Positions 48,001-57,579 of a stretch of DNA of 64,000 nt are shown here, in pieces. Made by a program: the position numbers and the translations under genes. Numbering within the stretch: the first letter of the stretch is position 1; the number at the start of each line of letters is the position of its first letter. The notes under the pieces were generated by a model. It had not been told where the DNA came from. It made no database searches and saw only the letters and a list, made by a program, of their open reading frames with translations. The DNA comes from Phoronis australis (Eukaryota > Animalia > Phoronida), in assembly GCA_002633005.1 (NCBI GenBank), contig NMRA01000369.1, forward strand, positions 209,885 to 273,884, read 5' to 3'.

Positions 48001-51000
48001 TCTTCATGATTACAGTTTTGAGCATTAGATAGAGTGCCTGGACTAATCAGATTGCTTCATGTAGTCATTGTTAGTATTACCTTAAGAATTGTTGACTGTT
48101 TTGTTGAATACATCGGACGTACTGTAGTCTGATAAAGAGTTAATGGCAAATTTCTTGAAAAAAAATACAGTTCAATTTGTTATGCCATCTAACATATATT
48201 TGATATTTCAAGACACAAACTTTGGATAATGGAGGTTTTTATTTTTTGTCTCGATGAGCGTAATTATGTTTATATTGTAATGCAAGTTGTTTATATTCTA
48301 CTAGCATCTTGTTTCTCAATCCAAAAATGCTACATTTTGATACAAACACCCATGGAATATATTTCAGCATAATACATGGAATTATTCTCTGTCCGTAGTC
48401 AGAGCGAGTTGACGTTTGTGAGTGAACAGAGTATTACTTCATCTTGTGTTCACTTTGTTCATTTCAGTCTAAGCCAGGAATGGCAACACCATCTTCAGAC
48501 AAAGGAAGTGTGTCCAACAAAACTTCTGGGAAAACTTCGGACAAAAAGAATTCTAAGAAAGGTAAGTATCCAAAAAAGAAAAGAAGATGGACATTTTTAG
48601 AGTTGTAGTATTCTGACTGGATTAAGAGATAATATTTCGTTGTTATCTTAGTCATTAAGAAAAAAGGCCAGAAATAATCCCATGGGGTCGTTTTGGGGAT
48701 GGTTTTTGTTTATCTGGCACTTTTAGAAATTGTTGTTATGACAATTGAATATACAGTGTACTCAATTTTTGATCTTTTAAAGAACCACAGAAATAATCTT
48801 CATTTGCTTTTAGTTATGATTATTTTCTCTTGGATGTGCATTCAGTAAGAGACGGCGACTTTTATTAACATTTCATTGATAGTATGTGTCATAACTGGTG
48901 AGCAAAAGTTTAGTTAAAAAATAATAAGCTTTGAGTCTCTAGGGCACCTAGGGTCATCGGTAATAGTCGGATATAATGTGCTCACATTTTGATGACCAGT
49001 TTTCTCCATTGAATAATGGTCATCAATTGAAACTGGTTCTAAAAAGATGGGCACATTGTATCTGAATATTGCCAAGTCATGTTTGAAAACCACGGGACTC
49101 AATTTGGAGGGTTTTGAATTCTAGGACTCATTTCACACAATTCAATTACTTCCGTTTAACTAGGGGTGTCATCATAATTATCACTGACTTAATGAGGTTT
49201 TATTTCAAGTTTGATATTTGATAATCAACTTGCTTCTTTAATATTAAGTAAAAAACAAAACCAGCTTCAAGAATGCAATGCTCTCTCTCAACAAGTTGCT
49301 AAATTGAATCTGTCAAATGAATTTTTATTGGAACTACACGGGCCACCTAAGAAACAGCTGGAACTTTGGCCACACATTATTGACTCACACTAAGGAGCTC
49401 ATTTAAACAGTTCCACCAAAGTCTTGAAGATAAAAATAATTATTGTTCCAATCCAGAACTTGCCTAGTAATCTCAAGGAGATGGTGTAACTTATCAATAA
49501 TTTGGTCTTCATCATCGTCATGAAGAGTGATTCAAAAATAAATGATTATGCGTGTCACTTGTTGGTGTGGAGACCCTTGTTATAAAGTTCCTTTGAATTT
49601 TGATGAATCGGCCCCAAAATTTTAGTGCAATTGATTTTGTCATGTCTGTTTTTCTCCGGTTTAGTTGGAATGGGCGGCCGCACTACCAGCTCAGAGAGTG
49701 TCAACTCAGCCAGTAAACAGAGACCAGGCAGCCGTACTCGCAGTCCTGTGGCACCAGTAGCCCCGCCTCCAGAGGCAGAGCCAGCTGCTGATGAACCACC
49801 TCCTAGAGAGCCGACTCCAGTCCCTGCTAAGAGTATATTCATGCAAGCTGTTGATTGGCTGTTGGAAGTGAAGGCTATGGCAGTATGTGTAGCATTACTG
49901 TAGTTATCTGGGTTAATGCCCAGGACATATAAAATTTGAATATCTCAAAAATCAGGTTGTGGGTGCTAATAAAGCTAAGTAAAGGCATTAAAAAGAGAAG
50001 ATATTAAAAAGTCTGATGGGAAAATTTCCTACATTGTGTTTGTATCAACCAATTCTGAAAATAGACTTTGCAGTTCATAAAATCATTTTAAATAGCCTTT
50101 GACATAGCATTTTTCTTCATTCTCATAGTGTGTAACATCATTTGTTGTTGATCGTAATTCTTGAATTAGAGATGGCCATTTTTGGCTATTTCTAAAAATT
50201 TGCCACCCGTTATCAATTTAAAAATAATTAATATTCCACTGTCCCAAATGGGAGAATTAATTACCATAAATATTTAACTGTTACTCAAAACTTGATGGAG
50301 TTTCTCTACTTCAGTTGATTCCAAAGCTAGCTTGTGGATGCTAAACCTTCCTGGTTGTTTCTAGTTCACTGAGAGAGCTCTGGCTCTGGAATTGCTCTCG
50401 CTCAAGAATGGTCCGGGCGCTGATTACTACATCGCCTTGTCACGGCTGAGACTTCAAAAGAAAGAGTTACAAAAAGCTGAGGAGAGTTTGAATGAAGCAC
50501 TTCAGTTTGAGCACCAGGTATGATGGGGTGCTAGTCTGTTTCCATGTTCTGTATTAATTTAAGTTTTGAAATGTATTAGTGACAGCTCATCACAATCTTG
50601 TCTGCTAAGACTTCTTCAAATTATGGAGAACATTTAGTAACTGTTAAAGATAGTTAGCCGTGTCAATTTTTGTTTAACGGAATATTAAATACAGTAGAGT
50701 TTCCGTAATGTCATTCCCTCTGTTTTGAAGTGAAGTAAGATAATAAATAAGATATTCCATAAAGCGGGATGGTTCTGACGTGGTCTTTGATTGTAATCAC
50801 TTTTATAAGCAGATCATGCTAAGTGCAGTAAGGCAGATAAACAGTAAATGACCATTTTTTGCCCTGGAGTCAAGTTCCCATAAAATAGTTGAATTGAAAA
50901 AGAATTAGGTTGTGTTTTAGGTATATAGAAACGCGGACTGGGTACATAATTATGCTAATCAGCATGAGAATCAATTTGCTGATGACAATATCCAGGAATA

Positions 51001-53406
51001 GGACAATACTTTGTGCCGGTTATTTTGCATGGGTTTGTTATCAGGTGTGACATAAGTGGGCAGGCCAGAGAACACTTACCATTGAGCGGTATCCTTTTTA
51101 CTTTCTACAAAACTCCACGCACTGTTAACACTCTTACCGGACTCAAGTGTAAAGGTTTGATTTGTTCATATTAGTGGGCCTTGTAGGCAAGGTAATCTAA
51201 ATGAATTGGAGACTAAATGAACCCCACTTGTTGCATGCAGTTTGCAGTACACAGTTGTGGCCTCGTGTTGGTGCTTCAATGATTTTTAATGACACGATTG
51301 ATTTTATATTTTACAGAACCCTGATGCATGGTCCTTGATGGGACATGTGAAATATCTTCTTGGTGACACCCATAATGCTAAACAATGCTACGAGCACACC
51401 CTGGCATTGATAGCTGATGCCCAAGAAACACACTCCATCTACCTGAGGCTTGCTTCAATTTACCTGCAGGACCAACAGGTAAAGTAACCAGATGGAACAG
51501 AGTTGACAATGACATTTTTGTTATTCTAGTCGCTGTGTTTTTATTTATGGTAGACTAGGGTTGGCGGTTTTATTTATGGGAGACTATGAGGTTGGTGGAA
51601 TTATTTATGGGAAATTAAGATTGGTGATGTTATTCATTGGAGACTAAGGTTGGTGGTGTCATTTTTGGGACATTAAGGTTGGTGATATCGATAGGGGAAA
51701 CTAATGGTTGGTGTTGGTTTATGGGAAACTGGAGTTTTTAGTGTTATTTTTGGGACATTAGATTAGTGGGTAGATGTACTTGCTGACCCTTCAATGAGAT
51801 TAGAAATTTGAGAGTTGATCACCAAGTATACCAATATTTTGTAAATTAATTGAATTACATTCATTTGGCCCTAAACTGACTACTGACTTTTGTAGAAACC
51901 ACAAAGTAATATGGCAAACAATGTTTCAGGGTTTTTATCAGAAACTTTTTAGTTTTTGAATTTCTGTGTGCTTACCTGCATAAGTTTGCCTAAATGTAAC
52001 CTACACCACCGCAGATTGCGTCAAATCATTTCTTCTTTGTGTGCAGTTTCAAGATGCCAAAAACACCTTCCTCATGGCCTGCAAGAGGTCTCCGTCATGC
52101 ATTTCCTGGCTAGGTGTTGGCATTGCCTGCTTCAGGGTGAGTCATTCAGACATTTGGTGCCGACTGCTGCATGAGAGCTGCTCCTGCTGTTGCTATGAAC
52201 AGACATCCCAGAGCTTACTTTCAGTTTATAGATCACTTACTGCAGCAAAATTGATCTCAGCTTACTCAGAAAAGCTGTATCAGCTTGGAAGGAAGTTACA
52301 GTTTGATCGTTATTGCTTAAGACCATCTTCAGCATGTTATGAAATGACCTTACATGTTAAACCTGATCTTAAGCAATTATTATAACAAACTGTCTGTTCT
52401 TTCAAGTCTCATAAATCACCTGTTATCGTCAAGTATAGTTAGGAACATGTTGAGGACAATTAATTGACTCTAAGTCTGGTCTAAATTTAATGGGTAGATT
52501 TTGAAGGAAGGTGGGTTTGTAGTTATAGCTTTAAATAGTTTAAGTCGTACCTGAATATTGCTTCATAGGTGCAAAGTAGGTGTGTCTGTTCAGGTTGGTG
52601 AGTTTTTTACTTCTGAAACATGGGGAACGTGAGACGTGAGAGTTGTTGGTTTACTATTAATACATTTTATATTAAATGGAATTGAAGCTTTTTGTATCAA
52701 TTGCATATGCCAGCAATTTCAGAATCCACCATGTTTATGTTGCCTCAAGATCAACGTGTTCCTGCCAGGCTCCTCAGTTTAAGCTGTCTGTTCACTTGCT
52801 CAAATGTTGGCAAACATTCACTGTGTTTATGTTCTGATTAACAGCTTGGAGAGCTATCAGAGGCTGAAGATGCTTTGTCCGAGGCCAACATTCTGAACAA
52901 CGCTGACCCTGAAGTTTGGGGTTACCTGAGTCTGGTCTGTCTGAAAACTGGCCGTCAGTTGGAGGCAGAACAGGCCTATAAGTATGCAATCAAGGTATGT
53001 TGTAGGGAGTAGCGGTGTTCATTTACAAACCCTCCTGTATGGTTGGAAAAAACGTGTCACATGCAATTTTTTATTTCAAGTGAAATCGTTTGACTCAGCC
53101 AGTGCTTGCGTTTACTGCTTTATATTGCCAGTTCATATGAGATCTTAACTTTTCATATTGATCATTTTCCGGGTTGAGCATTGTGTTTTATTCCTTTTTC
53201 ATTATTTGCTGTTTCAGTGTAATTTATTGCCAAAATTTAAGTGTCGCATGTAATATTTATGAGTTCAATTCGAACCATTGCCTCCATCTTGAATGTTGTG
53301 ATTCTAATGGTTCCGTGTCTTACAGGTGAACCTCACGAACAATGAGCTGCTGGACGAAATTCATCGAATACAAGAAGAAGTTGGGTTTGGCAACCCACAG
53401 TTTTGA
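17959..53406 (+). CDS. CFAP70: Cilia- and flagella-associated protein 70 (TTC18), TPR-repeat protein; 24 core coding exons (~1103 aa) plus candidate cassette micro-exons
   Basis: Phase-consistent GT-AG exon chain of 3312 nt. Motifs [102 protein letters not shown]-terminal VGFGNPQF*. Confidence 0.95.
18367..18553 (+). CDS. CFAP70: CFAP70 exon 2
   Basis: [24 protein letters not shown]...KPVL|gtaagt. Confidence 0.88.
18663..18730. repeat. Short tandem repeat (ttttaactgtt-cat/tg) x5
   Basis: Alternating ~13-bp units. Confidence 0.75.
18978..19159 (+). CDS. CFAP70: CFAP70 exon 3
   Basis: [29 protein letters not shown]...DSPK|gtaatt. Confidence 0.9.
19734..19910 (+). CDS. CFAP70: CFAP70 exon 4
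   Basis: [15 protein letters not shown]...PVGAE|gtaatg. Confidence 0.9.
21262..21773. mobile_element. MITE with ~40-bp imperfect TIRs
   Basis: aacccatcttccgtcaaa...ttttgatttaga vs tctaaatcaaaa...tttgacggaatgtgggtt. Confidence 0.6.
22884..23011 (+). CDS. CFAP70: CFAP70 exon 5
   Basis: [20 protein letters not shown]...YISD|gtagga. Confidence 0.88.
23896..24045 (+). CDS. CFAP70: CFAP70 exon 6
   Basis: [23 protein letters not shown]...[11 protein letters not shown]|gtgagt. Confidence 0.9.
24805..24968. mobile_element. Penelope-type inverted pLTR remnant flanked by 13-bp direct repeat
   Basis: actctgttattac at 24792-24804 and 24969-24981; 40-bp perfect inverted repeat 24839-24878 / 24931-24970. 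Confidence 0.7.
24897..24944 (+). ncRNA. Minimal type I hammerhead ribozyme
   Basis: Stem I gactt/aagtt; core CUGAGGA(U); stem II ggtgt/acacc; GAAAC-AU-GUC with palindromic ACAUGU stem III; predicted cleavage after C24939. Confidence 0.75.
25150..25234 (+). CDS. CFAP70: CFAP70 exon 7
   Basis: [28 protein letters not shown]|gtactg. Confidence 0.88.
26658..27044. mobile_element. MITE with a second MITE nested at 26688-26934
   Basis: Outer TIR caggcacagatccagg/cctggatctgtgtttg; inner TIR gggtctttcatgaaaagtgac/gtcactttcgtgaaacaaaccc. Confidence 0.6.
27142..27159 (+). CDS. CFAP70: CFAP70 candidate 18-nt micro-exon (RKPDHL)
   Basis: ttttctaccttatctag|agaaaacctgaccacctg|gtaacg, phase 0/0. Confidence 0.55.
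28159..28228 (+). CDS. CFAP70: CFAP70 exon 8
   Basis: [23 protein letters not shown]|gtgaga. Confidence 0.92.
28828..28889 (+). CDS. CFAP70: CFAP70 exon 9
   Basis: [21 protein letters not shown]|gtgagt. Confidence 0.92.
31093..31200. mobile_element. Palindromic mini-element (copy 2)
   Basis: acagtcacttata...attttgagaaccagttt...tgtaagtgactgt. Confidence 0.6.
31401..31544 (+). CDS. CFAP70: CFAP70 exon 10
   Basis: [17 protein letters not shown]...KKETAKKG|gtgagt. Confidence 0.88.
33388..33435 (+). CDS. CFAP70: CFAP70 candidate 48-nt cassette exon ([16 protein letters not shown])
   Basis: aatttccag|...|gtttgt, phase 0/0, no stop. Confidence 0.55.
33993..34095. mobile_element. Palindromic mini-element (copy 3)
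   Basis: actgtcacttacag...attttgagaaccag...aaactggttttcaa...gcgactgt. Confidence 0.55.
35138..35170 (+). CDS. CFAP70: CFAP70 candidate 33-nt cassette exon ([11 protein letters not shown])
   Basis: tgctgtaattttag|...aag|gtaatg, phase 0/0. Confidence 0.5.
35538..35561 (+). CDS. CFAP70: CFAP70 candidate 24-nt micro-exon (ASRAGSVF)
   Basis: tccctttttctaag|...|gtaagt, phase 0/0. Confidence 0.55.
35670..36063. mobile_element. MITE-like element with internal inverted repeat
   Basis: TIR ggcagatttagga/tcctaaatctgcc; inner ttaccttagaacaagttac/gtaacttgttctagggtaa; 13-bp direct repeat tgactgatctgtg at 35657 and 36078. Confidence 0.6.
38268..38300 (+). CDS. CFAP70: CFAP70 candidate 33-nt cassette exon ([11 protein letters not shown])
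   Basis: aattgccttgcag|...|gtaaga, phase 0/0. Confidence 0.5.
38701..38800 (+). repeat. Interspersed repeat; inverted copy at ~62797-62890
   Basis: atgactaagagcagggttcacaaagaact vs agttctttgtgaaccctgctcatagtcat, with flanking similarity. Confidence 0.65.
40598..40761 (+). CDS. CFAP70: CFAP70 exon 11
   Basis: [11 protein letters not shown]...[35 protein letters not shown]. Confidence 0.9.
41617..41805 (+). CDS. CFAP70: CFAP70 exon 12
   Basis: [26 protein letters not shown]...|gtatgc. Confidence 0.92.
42645..42783 (+). CDS. CFAP70: CFAP70 exon 13
   Basis: [34 protein letters not shown]...ELQ. Confidence 0.93.
43088..43273 (+). CDS. CFAP70: CFAP70 exon 14
   Basis: [15 protein letters not shown]...[20 protein letters not shown]. 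Confidence 0.93.
44174..44307 (+). CDS. CFAP70: CFAP70 exon 15
   Basis: [20 protein letters not shown]...EECFRECIS|gtgagt. Confidence 0.92.
44679..44794 (+). CDS. CFAP70: CFAP70 exon 16
   Basis: [38 protein letters not shown]|gtaggt. Confidence 0.92.
44824..44967 (+). repeat. Intronic duplicated element, copy A
   Basis: Homologous to 45608-45764: ctgcaatggattgtgggacact, aaaccaatg.caccagagaa, acctacatt, gccaacagatggc. Confidence 0.8.
45405..45577 (+). CDS. CFAP70: CFAP70 exon 17
   Basis: [23 protein letters not shown]...EAEESQ|gtaagt. Confidence 0.9.
45608..45764 (+). repeat. Intronic duplicated element, copy B
   Basis: Homologous to 44824-44967. Confidence 0.8.
46647..46664 (+). CDS. CFAP70: CFAP70 candidate 18-nt micro-exon (ELIQRK)
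   Basis: gttttgttttcctcag|gagctaatccagaggaag|gtatta, phase 0/0; ACTAAC just downstream. Confidence 0.6.
47474..47780 (+). repeat. Interspersed repeat; homolog at ~50687-51040
   Basis: Shared collinear blocks aaatacagt, gatattcca, ttataagc..atc.tgctaag, agtaaggcag, taatt.tgctaat, caatatccaggaata. Confidence 0.6.
48468..48561 (+). CDS. CFAP70: CFAP70 exon 18
   Basis: [31 protein letters not shown]|gtaagt; supplies the phase 0 to 1 shift needed. Confidence 0.85.
49665..49882 (+). CDS. CFAP70: CFAP70 exon 19
   Basis: [10 protein letters not shown]...[17 protein letters not shown]|gtatgt. Confidence 0.87.
50365..50517 (+). CDS. CFAP70: CFAP70 exon 20
   Basis: [11 protein letters not shown]...[14 protein letters not shown]|gtatga. 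Confidence 0.9.
51317..51478 (+). CDS. CFAP70: CFAP70 exon 21
   Basis: [14 protein letters not shown]...[16 protein letters not shown]|gtaaag. Confidence 0.92.
51537..51770. repeat. Minisatellite, ~29-bp unit x ~8
   Basis: Repeats of ttatttatgggagactaaggttggtggtg-like units. Confidence 0.8.
52047..52136 (+). CDS. CFAP70: CFAP70 exon 22
   Basis: [30 protein letters not shown]|gtgagt. Confidence 0.93.
52845..52994 (+). CDS. CFAP70: CFAP70 exon 23
   Basis: [33 protein letters not shown]...YKYAIK|gtatgt. Confidence 0.93.
53326..53406 (+). CDS. CFAP70: CFAP70 exon 24 (terminal)
   Basis: [29 protein letters not shown]. Confidence 0.93.
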   Translation: MNLTNNELLDEIHRIQEEVGFGNPQF

Positions 53407-54390
53407 TGTTGGGTTACTTCACCTGTTTGTGTGGAAAGGAAACATCTGTTGTGAACATTATGGTAACATCTCATCAATTTAGGACTCACTATGGTGGACA
53501 GGGGATGTTTTGTCTTCTCTTGTGTAAGGCAGGTACTGCCAAATCTGTGTTTCACTGTTTGAAGTTGTATTCCACAGCTTGGCAGTGAACGAGGTTTTGA
53601 CTGGTTCTGGGCAGTCTCAACAATGTTAAAAGCCTTTGAAAAAACAGTTTTGTTTAAAATTGGAGAGATTTCACCATGATTCAGTTTTTAGATTATTCCA
53701 ACTTTGTACATACTGTCTGGTTCAACACTTTTACAAATGGTTCAGTAACTTTCTTACCTGTTTTTTTGTATTTATTATTTTTGCAGCAGAAACATTCCAA
53801 GACTTTTATGTGATTAATTTATTTTTTATAGAATTTCCTGAAATTTTATTAACTCAGAGTGGCCGTCTGGTTTCTGGGTTCTTCCTTTTAGCTATAAAAT
53901 TGAAATATGGTTTAGAATCTTGTGATGTCTTAAAGACCCTTGCACTGCTAATTAGGCCCAGCTGAAACCGCAAACTTCAAACTGAAATTTATCAATTTAG
54001 TGATAGTGAACGAATCAGTGAAGTCCATTGGGTTCCTTGATTCCTGTAATTAGGAACGTTAATTACTCTTCATATTAAAAAACATAATGTTCTACACCAT
54101 AATATTAACCAGTAGTGGTTTTCATAGAGGGCGTTGCATGGGTTTCTAAGAAATGTAATCAGATTATGTTTATCTGTGACTCTCCTCCACTTGAACCTGG
54201 ATTCAGTGACAGGCACGCTGCCCCTAACTGGTTCAACATTAAAACATCTTGGAATGTGCTTACAGTACACAACCATTGTCTCTACCCTTTCTTTCCATGG
54301 TAACCGTCCATTGTTACAACTCTTCTTTGTTTTCGTTGTATATATTTGTAAATATGTTTTGTGAAATAATATTTCATGGCTACTGTGATC

Positions 54391-54396
54391 AATAAA
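54391..54396 (+). promoter_or_regulatory. Candidate CFAP70 polyadenylation signal
   Basis: AATAAA ~1 kb after stop followed by GT/T-rich tract (ttgttgtttattttatgtt). Confidence 0.45.
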
Positions 54397-57264
54397 ATGA
54401 AGTCAATTACTGCATTCATTGTTGTTTATTTTATGTTATTCACTGTTAATGGGATCTTGTGTAAGCAGCACCCAATGCAAAAAGTATATTGGTTCAGTTT
54501 GGCTGGGCAACTTGGATTAATCTTGTCAAAGGGCCACTTCTGGCCAAGCGACCATTGGTTTTAAACGTTTACTCGTTTTCGTCATTTTGTTTTTTTTTAA
54601 TAAATACTCCACTCTACTTTTTGTTTCTTACTGGGTTGCTGCTGTATCAGGTTTTAATTTTATTTTAAGCTTGGTGCGCCAAAACAGGGAAATGTTTTAA
54701 TCGTCCCACCAACCCACCTCATTTTGTCTATCTTGCTTGAATTTTTTGACTGAATTTAACCTTAGGCGCCTGTTTCATCCTCAGCTTATTACCGTCATTT
54801 TTCACATTCTCGCTAATGTCAGATTTGTGGTAACGTGTTACTCCTCGAATGAAATGACTGGGTTAGGAGCGCTGTCTTAAATTAAAACCTATTGACATCT
54901 AATTTGGTCACCGTGCGCTGTTTTTATTTTTCGTGATGCAGTTGTATATTAAATGAATAAAGCATGTGATATTGTTAATTATGATCAGCATTAGTAAATT
55001 GTCCGAGTAAATCAATAAGCACGGTCGTTTCTCTCCGTGAACCAATGTTGATGATTTTTAGATTATTACTTCATCGATTTTTAATGATCGAACACCATAT
55101 TGTTTTATTCAGCCGAATACGTTTATTTCTAATGAATACTATTGGTTTATGAATTTTGAAAATTCGCTAGTATTCAGGCAGAGATGTTTACTACATAATT
55201 GGGCTCGCTCACAAATTTAATGCATATGCCATCCGGCTCTGGTGACGCGTACACTTTTGTTAAGAGCACAGGTGAAGAAGGAGCGGTGAAAACTTTCCCA
55301 TATCTTTAGAAATGTGTGTTTTTCTTGTAAGCGAATTATTCACGGCATTAAGTTTGCCGATTTCACGTCAGCAAGACTATGTGTTCTGTCATAGCCTTTA
55401 GTGCTGACAAGAAATTAATTACATTCAAGTTAAGAAAAACCTCCGTCACCGTGAACTGACACCTCAAATTGATATCAAAATGGTGAAAAGGCGACCCAAA
55501 TATATACCAGAATGCACTCCATCTCAGCGGCATTCGTTTCCACTATCTTGGATGGGGTGCCTAGCCCGAAAAATAAAAAATGACACCCTCCGGACTGACC
55601 TGGAATTGTGTCCGGTCGTTCCAAGGAAGGCCCAATCCATACATTTCCTCTGCTAGAGAAAGTCTATCGAAACCATGTGACTTTTTAACATCACGTAAGT
55701 ATTCCATGCGCGCACCCAGCCTAAAACATATGGGGCTCGAATTTTCGTCGATGTGGACCTTTTACTAACAAAAAACGGGGGACCAAAAAACAGGGTACCA
55801 CGTTCAGAGCTATGAATTGTGCATTCGCGCTTTTTAGTGGACTTTTGTCTCGTTTTCCCGGACTTTTTGTTTCCATGCGGCGAACCTTTTTGCCCACTTC
55901 GCCAAATAGGGGGCCCGAGCCCCCCCCGACCATAAACTGTAGTAAACTGCCTGTATATAATGGCGCGGAATTTTCAAAATGCATTAACCAATAGCTTTCG
56001 TTAAAAACGAACACTACAGCGATATTTAGCTGTAAAAAACACTCGAGTAAGGTTTTTAATTTTCAAAAATCGATGAGCTAATAAGCTAAAAACTACAAAC
56101 ATTGGGAGCGATTGAAGGTAAACTACCGTGCGTATTGATATACTATCTGGATTTACAAACGCTGATCAGAGTTCACAATATCACATGCATTATTCTTTTA
56201 GTCACTACTAGGACACAGTTGTATTTAACTTGTGCCCACTCTTCATTTTTTATGACTGGCAAAAGGTAGAAAAATTATGTAGTCAGTGCAACCGGAAATG
56301 TCCAGAGATTCCAAATTTTCAGTATGCGGGATATCACGTTGCACTTTAAGTGTATATTTTATGACTTGAATTCTAATAAAGCCACTAAACTTGAATGAAT
56401 GACACGTGCAGTTTTGTTAGCTGTAAAATGTTTAGTGTAGCTCTAATCTGGAAAGTTCAGGGATGGGTTCATAATTAACTCAACTAAGTTTCACTATCGA
56501 TCAAAATCTAACACTTTTTGGTACTTCAAGTTTAAAAATACTTAAGAAGATATCAACCCGTTCCCAGTAAGAAAAAAAAAACAAGTAGACAAGAGTATTA
56601 AAAATGAAATAACAAAAAACCGGTATGAAACGCGTTCCTTTGCGAAGTGGCCCTTGGTGAAATTAAACGCAAATTAACTTTTTAGTCGGTCTGTAATATT
56701 TAAATGTACCAAGTTGAAACTACTCTCCACATTTGCAGGCTGTTGCAAATGCCAGAGAAAACCAATTTGGGTGTAATAACAACCATTATTGTTGAGACAG
56801 TCGTGCTAACTATATATTACCTTTCCACTTCATTAGCTAAGACCTACATCAATACAAAGGGCGAGCTGAATAGGCATCATAAAAATTGTCTGGGGCTAAG
56901 GGAATCTTAGCGGTGACCAGGCGAGAAATTCTCCATGATATCAAAATGGTGAAAAGGCTAGTCAAATCTATACCAGACATTTAAAAACTGCTAACAGACC
57001 GTTGTCCTCACGGACTCATTGATAGCTCTTGGTTCCCTGTTTTGCCACCGCATGAGAGTGCAACGAAGAAATGCAGCCACCGGCAGAGAGCTTGGTGCCC
57101 TGGGAATATGTCACCTTGGGAACAAACTTGAGGTCAAGTGTTTTAGAGATTTATCGGTAGGTGTCGTTAAATAGTAGGTCATCAGCGGTCACCATCTTGC
57201 ATTCGGTGTGGAGTGTTGCTGTGCGCGAATTCTTAGAAGTTTATGCTCGTTAAAAGGCTTTAGA

Positions 57265-57579
57265 ATGGCCACAGTAGACCTCGCGATCAACGTTCTTGGC
57301 AAGTTTAAGAGGCAATTCATTATCGGTTCTCTTTTTGCCATTTCATTCTCTCTTTCTCCTAAACCGATTGAAAACATTTTGCAGTTCAGTGAAAAATGGT
57401 TGGGAGTTAGCATTGACGTTGGAAGTCAAACTCTTGAACCATCGCTTTTTACCGGAATTGTTGGCTTCTTTTTTGGCGTTGGTTTTCTAAAATTTATGGT
57501 TTCATTAAGATGGCAGCTACTCCGCATGTTATTACTTTACCGAGGATGGATGTATCACCCAAAAGCGCCTTCAACAAAG
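57265..57579 (+). CDS. CPT1-like exon 1
   Basis: MATVDLAINVLG...LLRMLLLYRGWMYHPKAPSTK|gtaagt; start codon uncertain. Confidence 0.78.

Noticed and set aside
49555-49842. Gly-rich minus-strand ORF
   Set aside because: Antisense shadow of Pro-rich CFAP70 exon 19.
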